Shown: positions 30,199-40,671, numbered from the stretch's first letter. The stretch: 64,000 nucleotides of DNA from an uncultured Bacteroidales bacterium (GCA_963779845.1 CAVZZV010000005.1:956245-1020244), one strand, 5' to 3'. Notes: a model not told the origin generated them from the letters alone. Program-made: numbers and translations.

Positions 30199-30531
30199 AT
30201 GCATGTAACGGCAGACATTCATAGGCTTAAAACCATATTCAGAAATTTAATCGGCGATGCCATTAAATATTCGAATACGGGCGGGGCCCACTTTCGATTT
30301 CATTCTTTCCAACAGGAAATTGTCCATGGTGCATTCCAATGCAAAGTTTCGGTAAAGCGAAAACTCGGTTTTCCCGACTTTTTTATTCAGATATTTGTAC
30401 GGTTCAAGCAGTTGGTCGATTTTATTTTGCAGCATTCTATCAGGTACTATCGATTCGGTTGCATCAATTAATTGATGGAAAAAATTAGCTATCCTATGGT
30501 TTTCGTCCAAGGTTAATTCCAATTTGCCATT
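30199..30531. pseudogene. histidine-kinase-like fragments on opposite strands (relic)
   Basis: Plus strand 30214-30285 reads DIHRLKTIFRNLIGDAIKYSNTGG (N-box-like). Minus strand 30531-30448 reads NGKLELTLDENHRIANFFHQLIDATESI (like the segment after the DHp domain). No H-box or G-boxes are present. Confidence 0.3.
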
Positions 30532-30688
30532 AAAGGGTACTATATAATGCTAATGATATTCCCTTCACCCAAAAAATATTAAAATATTGACATTGGTGAA
30601 TTTTTAATGTAATTTTGTTCCACCTATAGTACGGCATGCCATCAATGTCCCATGCCCGTTTAACTATGGGATTAATTTTTCGGAAAAA

Positions 30689-31909
30689 ATGAATAAACCG
30701 GGAACTGCACGACAGAGTTATTCTTATGCAACCTCCAGGTTGCTCCCTCAGGAAGAAACGCTTGAAATAGCAAAAAAACAACAAAAACTGGTTATCGGCA
30801 TTCCAAAGGAGGACCAAAAAGTGGAAAGCCGGGTTCCCCTGACCCCGGAAGCGGTAGAAATACTGGTTTTAAACGGTCATGAGGTAATATTGGAAAAAGA
30901 CGCTGGTATGGCTTCAAATTATTCCGATAACGAGTATAGCGAAAAAGGGGCACTGATTGCCAAAAAAGAAGAAGTGTTCAATTGCGATCTAATCCTTAAG
31001 ATTGCCCCTCCCAGCATCAAAGAGATAGAACTACTCCAATCAAGGAAAGTTTTAATTTCAACCCTCCATATAAAAAAACAATCCAAAGAGCTTATCGAAA
31101 GTTTGCAAAAAAGGAAAATTATAGCCCTTTCGTTCGATCTTATAAAGGATGAAAATGAGGAATACCCCGTAACTCGCTCAATGAGTTCAATAGCCGGAAA
31201 TACGGCAGTTCTTCTAGCCGCAGAATGTCTTAGCAATGTGCATGGTGGTAAAGGAGTTATGCTTGGCGGGATAACCGGTATATCACCCACGGAGGTTGTA
31301 ATCCTGGGGGCGGGAACGGCAGCAGAATATGCTGTTCGCGCGGCTATGGGTCTTGGTGCAACCGTTAAGGTTTTTGACCATTCTGTCCACCGCCTCCGAA
31401 GACTACAAAATGCAGTGAATTACCGCTTGCATACCTCGGTATTCCACCCCAGGGTGATCAAAAAGGCATTGATTTCTGCCGATGTCCTTATTGGTGCCAT
31501 CCACCTTGTTGACCAGGGACCGAGGTTTTATATCACAGAAGATATGGTCCGGGCAATGAAAAAGGGATCGGTGATTATAGATCTTAGCATCGATCAGGGA
31601 GGCTGCGTGGAGACATCCGAATGCCGGTCGCAGCTGGATCCCTCTTATACGAAATACGGGGTCATCCATTATTGTGTGCCAAATATACCTTCTATTGTTG
31701 CCCGTACTGCTTCTATCGCATTATCGAATGTGTTCCTTCCCATACTTCTGGAAATGGGTACCAATGGCGGTTTGCTTCCTGCACTTAGGGAAAATAACGG
31801 TTTACGCCATGGCGTTTATTTATATAACGGTATCCTGACAAACGATTATATTGGCAGCTTATTTGGAATCCCATCGAAGGACCTGGATCTTTTAATGGCC
31901 GCTTTCTGA
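30689..31909 (+). CDS. alanine dehydrogenase / PNT-family dehydrogenase
   Basis: 406 aa with IGIPKEDQKVESRVPLTPEAV and the NAD-binding segment VVILGAGTAAEYAVRAAMGLGATVKVFD. Confidence 0.7.
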   Translation: MNKPGTARQSYSYATSRLLPQEETLEIAKKQQKLVIGIPKEDQKVESRVPLTPEAVEILVLNGHEVILEKDAGMASNYSDNEYSEKGALIAKKEEVFNCDLILKIAPPSIKEIELLQSRKVLISTLHIKKQSKELIESLQKRKIIALSFDLIKDENEEYPVTRSMSSIAGNTAVLLAAECLSNVHGGKGVMLGGITGISPTEVVILGAGTAAEYAVRAAMGLGATVKVFDHSVHRLRRLQNAVNYRLHTSVFHPRVIKKALISADVLIGAIHLVDQGPRFYITEDMVRAMKKGSVIIDLSIDQGGCVETSECRSQLDPSYTKYGVIHYCVPNIPSIVARTASIALSNVFLPILLEMGTNGGLLPALRENNGLRHGVYLYNGILTNDYIGSLFGIPSKDLDLLMAAF

Positions 31910-32020
31910 TATTTTTTTATGAATATCCTTACGTTAGAAGGATTGAAAAGGGGCAAAAAAAAGAATGCTCAAAAAGGCTTCCCTGCCGGCCAAATTATCA
32001 ACCCTAACAAGTAATCATTC

Positions 32021-32708
32021 ATGTTCAGGCATTACCTTTTTATTTTTATTCTTTGGCTTACCATGATTTTAAGCCTGCTGTTATTTATTCCCTTATATTT
32101 TCATCCTGCCCTTTCGTAAATTAAAAAACGGATACGTCGCCGTCATTACCGGAAAATGGTCCTGTTATATGTTAAAAATAGGCGGGATCCGGATTTTGCA
32201 GACCGGTAAGGAAAACATCCCCGGGGAGGGGGATTATGTAATAATATCCAATCATCAGAGCAGCCTTGATATTCCGCTTATGCTCGCTGCTTTTCCCCAC
32301 AGGGTATCCTTCATCTCCAAAAAAGAGGTATTGTTCCTCCCTTTTTTTAATATATGGTTTTTTGCCTTAGGCTGTCTCTCAATTGACAGGGCGAAACCCA
32401 TGGCAGCAAGAAGGAAGATTTCAGACTTCCTGAAAAGACGAATCCATAACCCGGTATTATTGTTTCCTGAAGGTACACGAAGCAAAGGACCCCATACACG
32501 TAAGTTTAAAACCGGAGGACTTTCGCATGTTTATAAACAAAAGAAAAAAGTTTTACCGGTCCACATCGGAGGATCCTTCAAATTGTACGAACAGCCCGGC
32601 CATATCAGTCCGGGCGAAGTGGAGATTAATATTTTTGAATCTGTTAAACCAGAGGATTTCCCCTCCTTTAATGAATTTGTTTCGTTTTTAGAAAAAAAAC
32701 TTGCATAA
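32021..32708 (+). pseudogene. plsC: 1-acyl-sn-glycerol-3-phosphate acyltransferase, split by a 1-nt frame break at the T-run 32098-32101
   Basis: 32021-32119 encodes MFRHYLFIFILWLTMILSLLLFIPLYFHPALS* (TM anchor). The next frame continues ILPFRKLKNGYVAVITGKWSCYMLKIGGIRI ... NHQSSLD (HX4D) ... FPEGTRS. A sequencing indel is likely. Confidence 0.7.
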
Positions 32709-32739
32709 ATCTTTACTTTTGCAGCCTTAAGGAATTTAT

Positions 32740-33978
32740 ATGCGGATAATATATAAAATTGCCATAGCTGTTTATTATATTCTTGTACTCCTTGCCTCTC
32801 CGTTTCACGAAAAGGCAGCCCGCTGGGTTAAGGGAAGAAGGCACCTTTGGAAAAACCTCAAAAAAAAACTTGAACCCGGGAAAAAAGTTTTTTGGTTCCA
32901 CTGCTCCTCCCTTGGGGAATTTGAACAAGGAAGGCCTGTTATGGAAAACCTCCGGGAGCGTATGCCGGACTGTTTCATTCTTCTTACCTTCTTTTCTCCT
33001 TCGGGATACGAATTGCGGAAAAACTATATGGTCGCCAACCATGTCAGCTACCTCCCCCTCGACACACGATTTAATGCCTGGCGATTTATTAATCTGGTGA
33101 AACCCTCTGCTGTCTATTTCATTAAGTATGAATTCTGGTATTATTTTCTGCGGACCTTATACAAGAAGAAAATACCATTATACCTGATATCTGCGAAGTT
33201 CAGGGAGGACCAACTGTTTTTTCGCTCCTATGGTATCTGGTACCGGAAGTTTTTATCCTATTTTAATTACTTTTTTGTTCAGGATCAAGGTTCTAAAAAA
33301 TTATTGGGCAGGATTGGGTTTACAAACGTGGATGTTGCCGGAGATACCCGTTTTGACAGGGTCTACCAGATTTCAACCCGTTCAAGAAACTATCCTGACA
33401 TCGATAGCTTTAAAATGGACAAAAAGATTATCGTGGCAGGAAGTACCTGGGAAAAGGATGAGGAGCTGCTTACCGAATTTATCAACCGATCAGATGACCA
33501 GGTCAAATTTATCCTCGCCCCACATGAGATCAATTCTAAAAAAATTTATCGGCTGGTTGAATCGATTAATGCTCCTGTCGTCCGTTTTACCGATGAAGAT
33601 AAAAGGGCGTACCCGCGGGCAAAGGTTCTTCTCATTGATACTATCGGGAATCTTTCTTCAGTGTACAAATATGGTGATATTGCCTACATTGGCGGTGGTT
33701 TTGGAAAAGGAATCCATAACATACTCGAAGCGGCTACCTATGGGGCTCCGGTAGTTTTTGGCCCTAACTACAAGAAATTCAATGAAGCATGCGAAATGCT
33801 GGAAATTGGGGCTTCTTTTTCGATCCATGACTATGAAAGCATGGCCACAATTTTTCAGAAATTGTTGATAAACCCCGCCCTTCTCTCATCTTCTTCATTG
33901 AAAGCCCGGGAGTATGTGAGTTCCCGATTGGGAGCGACCCAGATCATTATGAATGGTTCGTTAATAAAAATTCCTTAA
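32740..33978 (+). CDS. waaA: 3-deoxy-D-manno-octulosonic acid (Kdo) transferase
   Basis: 412 aa with WFHCSSLGEFEQGRPV and a C-terminal GGGFGKGIHNILEAATYGAPVVFGP. Confidence 0.85.
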   Translation: MRIIYKIAIAVYYILVLLASPFHEKAARWVKGRRHLWKNLKKKLEPGKKVFWFHCSSLGEFEQGRPVMENLRERMPDCFILLTFFSPSGYELRKNYMVANHVSYLPLDTRFNAWRFINLVKPSAVYFIKYEFWYYFLRTLYKKKIPLYLISAKFREDQLFFRSYGIWYRKFLSYFNYFFVQDQGSKKLLGRIGFTNVDVAGDTRFDRVYQISTRSRNYPDIDSFKMDKKIIVAGSTWEKDEELLTEFINRSDDQVKFILAPHEINSKKIYRLVESINAPVVRFTDEDKRAYPRAKVLLIDTIGNLSSVYKYGDIAYIGGGFGKGIHNILEAATYGAPVVFGPNYKKFNEACEMLEIGASFSIHDYESMATIFQKLLINPALLSSSSLKAREYVSSRLGATQIIMNGSLIKIP

Positions 33979-34476
33979 AAAGCAGATATCCAAACGGAAT
34001 TCAGCCTTTCTTCATTTTCACCACTCGTCTATAAAGTTCATCTCCTGGCTTTAATATTTTTTTCCCCAAAGTCCAAAGAATGTTCATTTTTTTCATCAAT
34101 TTTTATTCACATCAAGAGCTGAAATTTTGTTAATAAAAACAGCGCTCATTACCGGGATGGGGGAAATTTTTCTTCTTAACTTGATCCCAACAATTTCAAA
34201 ATCCCAATGTTCTTTTTATCAGGGAGATGAGTTTTTTAAACCGGCTTGGAAGCTATCCCCGGAATTGAAAAGTCAGGTCTTTAAAGACTTGTTAATATTA
34301 AAGGTCTGAATATCAATTAAATAAAAAGTCAAGTTGAAAACTATTCGCATATTGTTAATAAAAGGGCCCTCTTTTACCCTTTCTCCAGGCCTGCACTTAT
34401 TTAAATTGCGATACTCTTTATATACATCCGAACCCGCCTGTTAAGGCTACTTTTTAATAAATAATTATAGTACATC

Positions 34477-37101
34477 ATGGAAGAAATGGCCGCAATGAAA
34501 AAAAACGATCTGTTATTAGAAGCAAAAGAGGTGAAAAAGGAAGAAAATGCATTAAAAAATTTAGCCACGAAGGTCTTTACCCATGATGAAGCTTACCAGG
34601 AAACCTTGAAGTATTTCAAGGGCGATGAACTGGCAGCCAGGGTTTGGGTCAACAAATATGCTCTTAAAGATTCCTTTGGAAACCTTTATGAAAAGTCACC
34701 GGAGATGATGCACCACCGGATCGCAAAGGAAATTGCCCGGATTGAAAAAAAATATCCCAACCCGATGTCGGAAAAAGAGATCTATGGTCTTCTCGAAGGC
34801 TTCAGATATATCGTTCCCCAAGGCTCTCCCATGACCGGCATTGGCAACAATTTCCAGATAGCCTCCCTATCGAACTGCTTTGTGATTGGGCACAATGGAC
34901 CTTCCGATTCCTACGGTGGGGTTATGAAAATTGACCAGGAACAGGTCCAGCTTATGAAAAGGCGCGGAGGAGTAGGCCACGACTTGTCACATATACGTCC
35001 TTCCGGAAGCCCCGTATTAAATTCAGCGCTTACCTCCACCGGGGTGGTCCCTTTTATGGAACGATATTCGAATTCAACCAGAGAAGTAGCCCAGGACGGA
35101 CGCCGTGGCGCATTAATGCTTAGTATTTCGATCAAACACCCCGATGCCGAGCACTTTATTGATGCCAAGCTCGAAACCGGTAAAGTTACCGGTGCAAATG
35201 TTTCGGTCAGGATTGATAATGAATTCATGGAAGCGGTGGTAAACAACCGGCCCTATGTTCAGCAATACCCCATCGTTTCTGACCACCCAACATATATTAA
35301 GGAAATTGATGCCCGTGAACTTTGGAAGAAAATTGTCCATAACGCCTGGAAATCTGCAGAACCGGGCATCTTGTTCTGGGATACCATAAGTTCTGAATCA
35401 GTAGCCGACTGTTATGCTGACCTTGGGTATAAAACCGTATCTACCAATCCCTGTGGTGAAATTCCCCTTTGCCCATACGATAGCTGCCGATTAATCGCCA
35501 TCAATCTTTACGGGTACGTTGAAAACCCTTTTACCAGAACGGCCCACTTCAATTTTACTCTTTTCAGGCAGCATGTTCAAAAAGCACAACGAATGATGGA
35601 TGATATCATCGACCTGGAAATTGAAAAGATCGACGCCATTCTGAAAAAAATCGATGATGATCCTGAAGATGAAGAATTGAAAGGGGTCGAAAGAAGGCTC
35701 TGGGAGAAAATACGCGTGAAGGCCCGCGAGGGTAGAAGAACCGGTGTCGGAATTACTGCTGAGGGAGATATGCTTGCCGCTCTCGGTCTACGTTATGGAA
35801 GCGACGATGCTACAGATTTTTCCACGGAAATCCATAAAACCATTGCCCTCGAAGCTTACCGGTCCTCGACCGTTATGGCAAAAGAACGTGGAGCTTTCAA
35901 ATTTTTCGATGCCCGGCGTGAGAAAGATAATCCTTTTATCCTGAGGTTGAAAAATGAAGATGAAGACCTATACGAGGAGATGGTAAAAAATGGCCGGAGA
36001 AATATCTCGCTCCTTACCATAGCCCCCACCGGTACGACAAGCCTGATGACCCAAACCACATCGGGCATAGAACCTGTATTTCTGCCGGTATACAGCAGAA
36101 GACGGAAAGTCAATCCCAATGATAAGGACACAAAGGTAAATTTTATAGACGAGGTGGGTGATAGCTGGGAAGAATACAATGTCTTTCATCATAAATTCGT
36201 TACGTGGCTGGAAATTAACGGATACGATGTGAAAAAGGTCATGAAATATGATTCAGAGGAGATAAAGGAGATAGTGGCCAAATCCCCCTATTTTAAAGCC
36301 ACTTCAAACGATGTGGATTGGGCTTCCAAGGTGAAGATGCAAGGCAAAATACAAAAATGGGTAGACCATTCAATCAGTGTCACCATTAACCTGCCAAATG
36401 AGGTAAAGGAAGAACTGGTTGGGGAATTGTATATAAAAGCCTGGGAGAACGGCTGCAAGGGGGTTACAGTTTATCGCGATGGCTCCCGCTCCGGGGTATT
36501 AATATCCTCCGACGACAAAAATAAACGCTTAAATGAATTGCTTGCCGACAGGCCCCGTCCGGTTAGGCCCAGGATTCTCGAAGCTGAAATCCTACGTTTC
36601 ACCCATAACAATGAAAAATGGATTGCCTTTATCGGAATACTGGAGGATCGCCCCTATGAAATATTTACCGGTTGCCAGGACGATGATATGTTCCCCATTC
36701 CCAAGCGAATAACCAAAGGTCAAATCATCAAGAATAAAGATGATCAAGGGGTGACCCGCTACGATTTTCAATATACCGATAAGTATGGGTATAAAAATAC
36801 TATGGGTGGACTCTCCCATCAATTCAATAAGGAATATTGGAACTATGCCAAACTGATCTCCGGGGTTCTTCGTTATGGTATGCCCCTTGAAGATGTGGTA
36901 AATCTTGTCCATTCGTTGCGTCTCGACAGTGATGCGATCACCACCTGGTCGGCGGGTGTTGTAAGGGCCCTGAAAAGGTATGTCCCAAATGGTACCAAAG
37001 CCAGAGGGATGGAAAAATGCCAGGAATGTGGGTCAGAAGATCTCGTGTATGAAGAAGGTTGCCTGAAATGTACCTCCTGCGGGAATTCAAAATGCGGATA
37101 A
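34477..37101 (+). CDS. nrdJ: adenosylcobalamin-dependent (class II) ribonucleotide reductase
   Basis: 874 aa with NPCGEIPL, TIAPTGTTS and KGVTVYRDGSR, plus a C-terminal CQECGS..CLKCTSCG zinc-ribbon tail. Confidence 0.85.
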   Translation: MEEMAAMKKNDLLLEAKEVKKEENALKNLATKVFTHDEAYQETLKYFKGDELAARVWVNKYALKDSFGNLYEKSPEMMHHRIAKEIARIEKKYPNPMSEKEIYGLLEGFRYIVPQGSPMTGIGNNFQIASLSNCFVIGHNGPSDSYGGVMKIDQEQVQLMKRRGGVGHDLSHIRPSGSPVLNSALTSTGVVPFMERYSNSTREVAQDGRRGALMLSISIKHPDAEHFIDAKLETGKVTGANVSVRIDNEFMEAVVNNRPYVQQYPIVSDHPTYIKEIDARELWKKIVHNAWKSAEPGILFWDTISSESVADCYADLGYKTVSTNPCGEIPLCPYDSCRLIAINLYGYVENPFTRTAHFNFTLFRQHVQKAQRMMDDIIDLEIEKIDAILKKIDDDPEDEELKGVERRLWEKIRVKAREGRRTGVGITAEGDMLAALGLRYGSDDATDFSTEIHKTIALEAYRSSTVMAKERGAFKFFDARREKDNPFILRLKNEDEDLYEEMVKNGRRNISLLTIAPTGTTSLMTQTTSGIEPVFLPVYSRRRKVNPNDKDTKVNFIDEVGDSWEEYNVFHHKFVTWLEINGYDVKKVMKYDSEEIKEIVAKSPYFKATSNDVDWASKVKMQGKIQKWVDHSISVTINLPNEVKEELVGELYIKAWENGCKGVTVYRDGSRSGVLISSDDKNKRLNELLADRPRPVRPRILEAEILRFTHNNEKWIAFIGILEDRPYEIFTGCQDDDMFPIPKRITKGQIIKNKDDQGVTRYDFQYTDKYGYKNTMGGLSHQFNKEYWNYAKLISGVLRYGMPLEDVVNLVHSLRLDSDAITTWSAGVVRALKRYVPNGTKARGMEKCQECGSEDLVYEEGCLKCTSCGNSKCG

Positions 37102-37232
37102 GATTCAGAAAACGACTGGCGGTAAAATTTTTTTTCAGGATACCATCCCTTAGATTTGAACCTCAATTCTGGAAGTTTTAAAATTTAATGCTAATTTAAA
37201 GTATTGTTCATCTGTCAAAAATATTTAGAATA

Positions 37233-37240
37233 TACTTTTG
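37233..37240 (+). promoter_or_regulatory. candidate -7 promoter box (TAnnTTTG)
   Basis: TACTTTTG lies about 50 nt upstream of the receptor ATG at 37291. Confidence 0.25.
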
Positions 37241-37290
37241 CCCTTCTCTGTTGTTTGGATCATTAATTATTTACCCTTATTCCTATACCC

Positions 37291-40200
37291 ATGAAAATGA
37301 AAAACCTTTTATTGAGCCTCTTTACGCTTCTCCTCAGTGGAACGCTAGCTTTAGCCCAGGTAACTACCTCAGGGATTAGCGGTACAGTCACTTCAGGCCC
37401 GGGGGTGAAACTGCCGGGCGCGGCAGTTATCGCAGTTCATGAACCCTCAGGAACCCAATATGGCACCACTACCAATAGTGATGGACGATTTTCACTTCAG
37501 GGTATGCGTACGGGAGGGCCCTACACGGTTACCGTTTCTTTTGTGGGTTATTCGACCGGAATATTTACGGATATTAGCTTGTATCTCGGGGAAACCTTTA
37601 TCCTGAACGCAAACCTGAAAGAAAGTACCTTCGAGGTGGGAGAAGTGACTGTTATTGGGGCAAGGCCTTCGAAATTCGGCATTAGTAAAACCGGGGCAAC
37701 CACCAATATTTCCAATGAACAATTGACCTCTATGCCCACCATTAACAGAAGTATTTCCGACATTACCCGTATGTCTCCCTATACCAATGGGATGAGTATT
37801 GCGGGAGGTGACGGACGTTCCACTAACTTCACGGTCGACGGTGCCAATTTTAATAACAACTTCGGATTGGGCTCTGGTCTCCCCGGGGGAGGAAATCCAA
37901 TCTCCCTGGATGCCATAGAAGAAATTCAGGTTGTTATTGCCCCTTTTGATGTTCGCCAGACCAATTTTATTGGAGGGGGCATAAACGCAATCACAAAATC
38001 AGGAACCAATAATTTCAAAGGATCCGCCTACACCTACTTTAACAACCAGAATATGCGGGGCAATAAAATCGGAGATGTTGATTTTGGAGAGCGCCCAAAA
38101 GAATCGAGAAAAATTTATGGCGCAACCCTCGGAGGACCTATCATAAAAAATAAATTGTTCTTTTTCGTGAATGGCGAATATGAAATACGCCCCGGTCAAG
38201 TGGTAACCTGGAGACCTTCTGAAAATGGGATTGCCAATCCCGACCTTTCACTCTCTCGCACCAGCATTTCAGATATGGAAAGTGTAAAGCAGCATTTGAT
38301 ATCTCAATATGGTTACAATCCTGGTTCATTCAGTGATTATCCTGCTGATGAAAGCAACAGAAAACTTTTGGCCCGGATCGACTGGAATATCAATGATGCC
38401 AATAAACTGAGTGTACGCTATAATTATACCAAAAACCAGGCTTGGAACCCTACCAATGGCAATTCAACAGATGGGGGTTTCCGTAACAGGTCCATGGATC
38501 GTATTTCGCAATATTCAATGGCTTTTTCTAACTCTCTTTATTCCATGGATAATATCGTCAACTCCGTTTCTTTGGATTTGAACAGCAGGATTTCAGACAA
38601 AATTTCCAATCAGTTTCTTACTACCTATTCAAAAATACAGGATATGCGGGGTTCGAACTCTTCCCCCTTTCCCTTTATCGATATTATGAACGGGGTCACA
38701 ACGGATGGGAAACAGATTCTCGAACCCTATATGTCTGCCGGTTATGAACTGTTCACATGGAATAATGGAGTGAATAACAATACCTTCAACCTGATTGACA
38801 ACCTGACCTATAATTTGAGCAGTCATAAAATTACCGGCGGAATTAGTTTTGAACACCAAATTGCGAACAACTCCTATATGCGAAACGGCACCGGTTATTA
38901 TCGTTATGCCAGTGTGGATGATTTCCTGAATCAAGCGGCACCCAGAGACTTTGCCTTGACCTATGGTTACGATGGCGAACAAAATCCGGCTGCTGAAGTG
39001 GCTTTTAATCAATTGGGGTTCTATGTGCAGGATGACTGGAATCTTACTTCGGATTTTAAACTCATGGTTGGAATTCGTGCTGATTATTTGAAATATGAAG
39101 ACAATATTATTACCAATAATGCCATTTACGCATTGGATTTTGGAGGTAAAAAAATCAATACCGGTGAATGGCCCGCTGCAAATGTTCAGTTTTCCCCACG
39201 GATTGGATTCTCATGGGATGTTAATGGGGACCAATCGTTTAAGGTTCGTGGAGGAACCGGTATTTTTGCAGGAAGATTACCGCTGGTATTCTTTACCAAC
39301 ATGCCCACCAACTCCGGAATGGTACAAGGGAGTTATGCTGCCGTAACCAAGTATGGTTCTGACGGGACCATCACAAGTGTTGATCCCATATTGGCCTCTC
39401 TGGCAGGACCCATGCTTACCGATGTGGATGAAATGATTCAAACCTTGAATCTCCCCAATACCATAACTCCCGAGGCAGGAGTTTTGCCGCGCGATATAAA
39501 CGCGGTAGACCCCGCTTTCAAAATGCCACAGGTATGGAAAACTTCCCTGGCTTTTGATTACGAGCTTCCGGCTTCATTTCCTTTATCCCTCACTTTGGAA
39601 GGCATTTATACTAAAAATTTAAATGGGGTAATGCTTGAAAATTACAATCTAAAAGAGCCGGATGCTACCTGGGAGCGTTTTTCAGGACCTGATAACCGAT
39701 ATATGTATCCGGCTCCCGCTGACCTCACCTATACCTCTGAAAATGCCTACGTGCTGGCAAATAACAGTGAAGGATGGGGGGCTATCGGAAATATTACCCT
39801 GAATGCAGAACCGGTTAAATATTTGAGGTTGATGGCTGCCTATACCTATACAGAATCACAGGAGATTTCCGGCATGCCCGGTAGTAATGCCGCTTCTGCC
39901 TATAATGGACTTCTTGAAATTAACGGCCCCCATCTGCCTGATCTCCAACGTTCGGAGTATGTAATTCCCAGCAGGGCCATTGCTTCTGCTTCCTATAGAA
40001 TACCCTGGTTGAATAAATCGCTAAAATCTTCAACGATAATTGATATCTTCTATTCCGGGTATTCCGCCGGAGGGTTCAGTTATACCTATTCAAACGATAT
40101 GAATGGTGATGGATATGCCTCTGATTTGATATACATTCCGGAAGCCAAAGGAGATATCCAATTTGTCAGCCAGGCAGATGAAGATGCTTTCTTCAACTTT

Positions 40201-40596
40201 ATGGAACAGGATGAATACCTGAAATCCCATAAAGGACAGTATGCAGAGGCATACAAGGTAATGGCACCCTGGGTACATCGTTTTGATTTCCGTATAGCCC
40301 AGGATTTCAGTATAAATGCCGGTGCCACCCAACATACTTTGCAGCTGAGCGTTGACATTTTAAACTTCGGGAATTTACTAAATAGCAAATGGGGAGTAAG
40401 TAAGAACATGGTTTCTGCAAACAATGGCCAGATTTTAAAATACGAAGGCACAGATGCCTCCAATGTTCCGGGTTTCTCTATGGTTAAAATTGAAGATGCT
40501 GAAGGTGCCATGGTCTACCCGACCGAATCTTTCACTCCTTATCTAAATTATAATCAAACCTGGAAATTGCAGATCGGGGCGCGGTACTTCTTCTGA
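37291..40596 (+). CDS. TonB-dependent receptor with N-terminal carboxypeptidase-regulatory-like domain (Oar-like)
   Basis: 1101 aa with a signal peptide, then GISGTVTS..GRFSLQGMRTGGPYTVTVSFVGY, a plug and a barrel ending in WKLQIGARYFF. Confidence 0.85.
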   Translation: MKMKNLLLSLFTLLLSGTLALAQVTTSGISGTVTSGPGVKLPGAAVIAVHEPSGTQYGTTTNSDGRFSLQGMRTGGPYTVTVSFVGYSTGIFTDISLYLGETFILNANLKESTFEVGEVTVIGARPSKFGISKTGATTNISNEQLTSMPTINRSISDITRMSPYTNGMSIAGGDGRSTNFTVDGANFNNNFGLGSGLPGGGNPISLDAIEEIQVVIAPFDVRQTNFIGGGINAITKSGTNNFKGSAYTYFNNQNMRGNKIGDVDFGERPKESRKIYGATLGGPIIKNKLFFFVNGEYEIRPGQVVTWRPSENGIANPDLSLSRTSISDMESVKQHLISQYGYNPGSFSDYPADESNRKLLARIDWNINDANKLSVRYNYTKNQAWNPTNGNSTDGGFRNRSMDRISQYSMAFSNSLYSMDNIVNSVSLDLNSRISDKISNQFLTTYSKIQDMRGSNSSPFPFIDIMNGVTTDGKQILEPYMSAGYELFTWNNGVNNNTFNLIDNLTYNLSSHKITGGISFEHQIANNSYMRNGTGYYRYASVDDFLNQAAPRDFALTYGYDGEQNPAAEVAFNQLGFYVQDDWNLTSDFKLMVGIRADYLKYEDNIITNNAIYALDFGGKKINTGEWPAANVQFSPRIGFSWDVNGDQSFKVRGGTGIFAGRLPLVFFTNMPTNSGMVQGSYAAVTKYGSDGTITSVDPILASLAGPMLTDVDEMIQTLNLPNTITPEAGVLPRDINAVDPAFKMPQVWKTSLAFDYELPASFPLSLTLEGIYTKNLNGVMLENYNLKEPDATWERFSGPDNRYMYPAPADLTYTSENAYVLANNSEGWGAIGNITLNAEPVKYLRLMAAYTYTESQEISGMPGSNAASAYNGLLEINGPHLPDLQRSEYVIPSRAIASASYRIPWLNKSLKSSTIIDIFYSGYSAGGFSYTYSNDMNGDGYASDLIYIPEAKGDIQFVSQADEDAFFNFMEQDEYLKSHKGQYAEAYKVMAPWVHRFDFRIAQDFSINAGATQHTLQLSVDILNFGNLLNSKWGVSKNMVSANNGQILKYEGTDASNVPGFSMVKIEDAEGAMVYPTESFTPYLNYNQTWKLQIGARYFF

Positions 40597-40620
40597 TTTC
40601 CGGTTAAAACCCTTTTAATT

Positions 40621-40652
40621 AAAAAGGCCATCCTTCCGGATAGCCTTTTTTT
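40621..40652. terminator. bidirectional rho-independent terminator between convergent genes
   Basis: AAAAAGGCcATCC-ttcc-GGATaGCCTTTTTTT: a hairpin flanked by an A-run and a T-run. Confidence 0.65.
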
Positions 40653-40671
40653 GTTTCTCTTTGCCTTTGCT

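Noticed and set aside
30530-30817. 95-aa minus-strand ORF overlapping the ald start
   Set aside because: It has no motifs and overlaps the ald 5' end and the intergenic promoter region. Likely spurious.
33230-33754. 174-aa plus-strand ORF inside waaA
   Set aside because: It is an alternative frame of a well-supported Kdo transferase gene. It has low-complexity, Arg/Leu/Ser-rich composition and no motifs.
33979-34476. Cobalamin riboswitch upstream of the B12-dependent RNR (also checked at 37102-37290 upstream of the TonB-dependent receptor)
   Set aside because: No B12-box (GCCACTG-like) or the conserved GGGAA/GGTG core arrangement could be found by eye. Infernal would be needed for a definitive exclusion.
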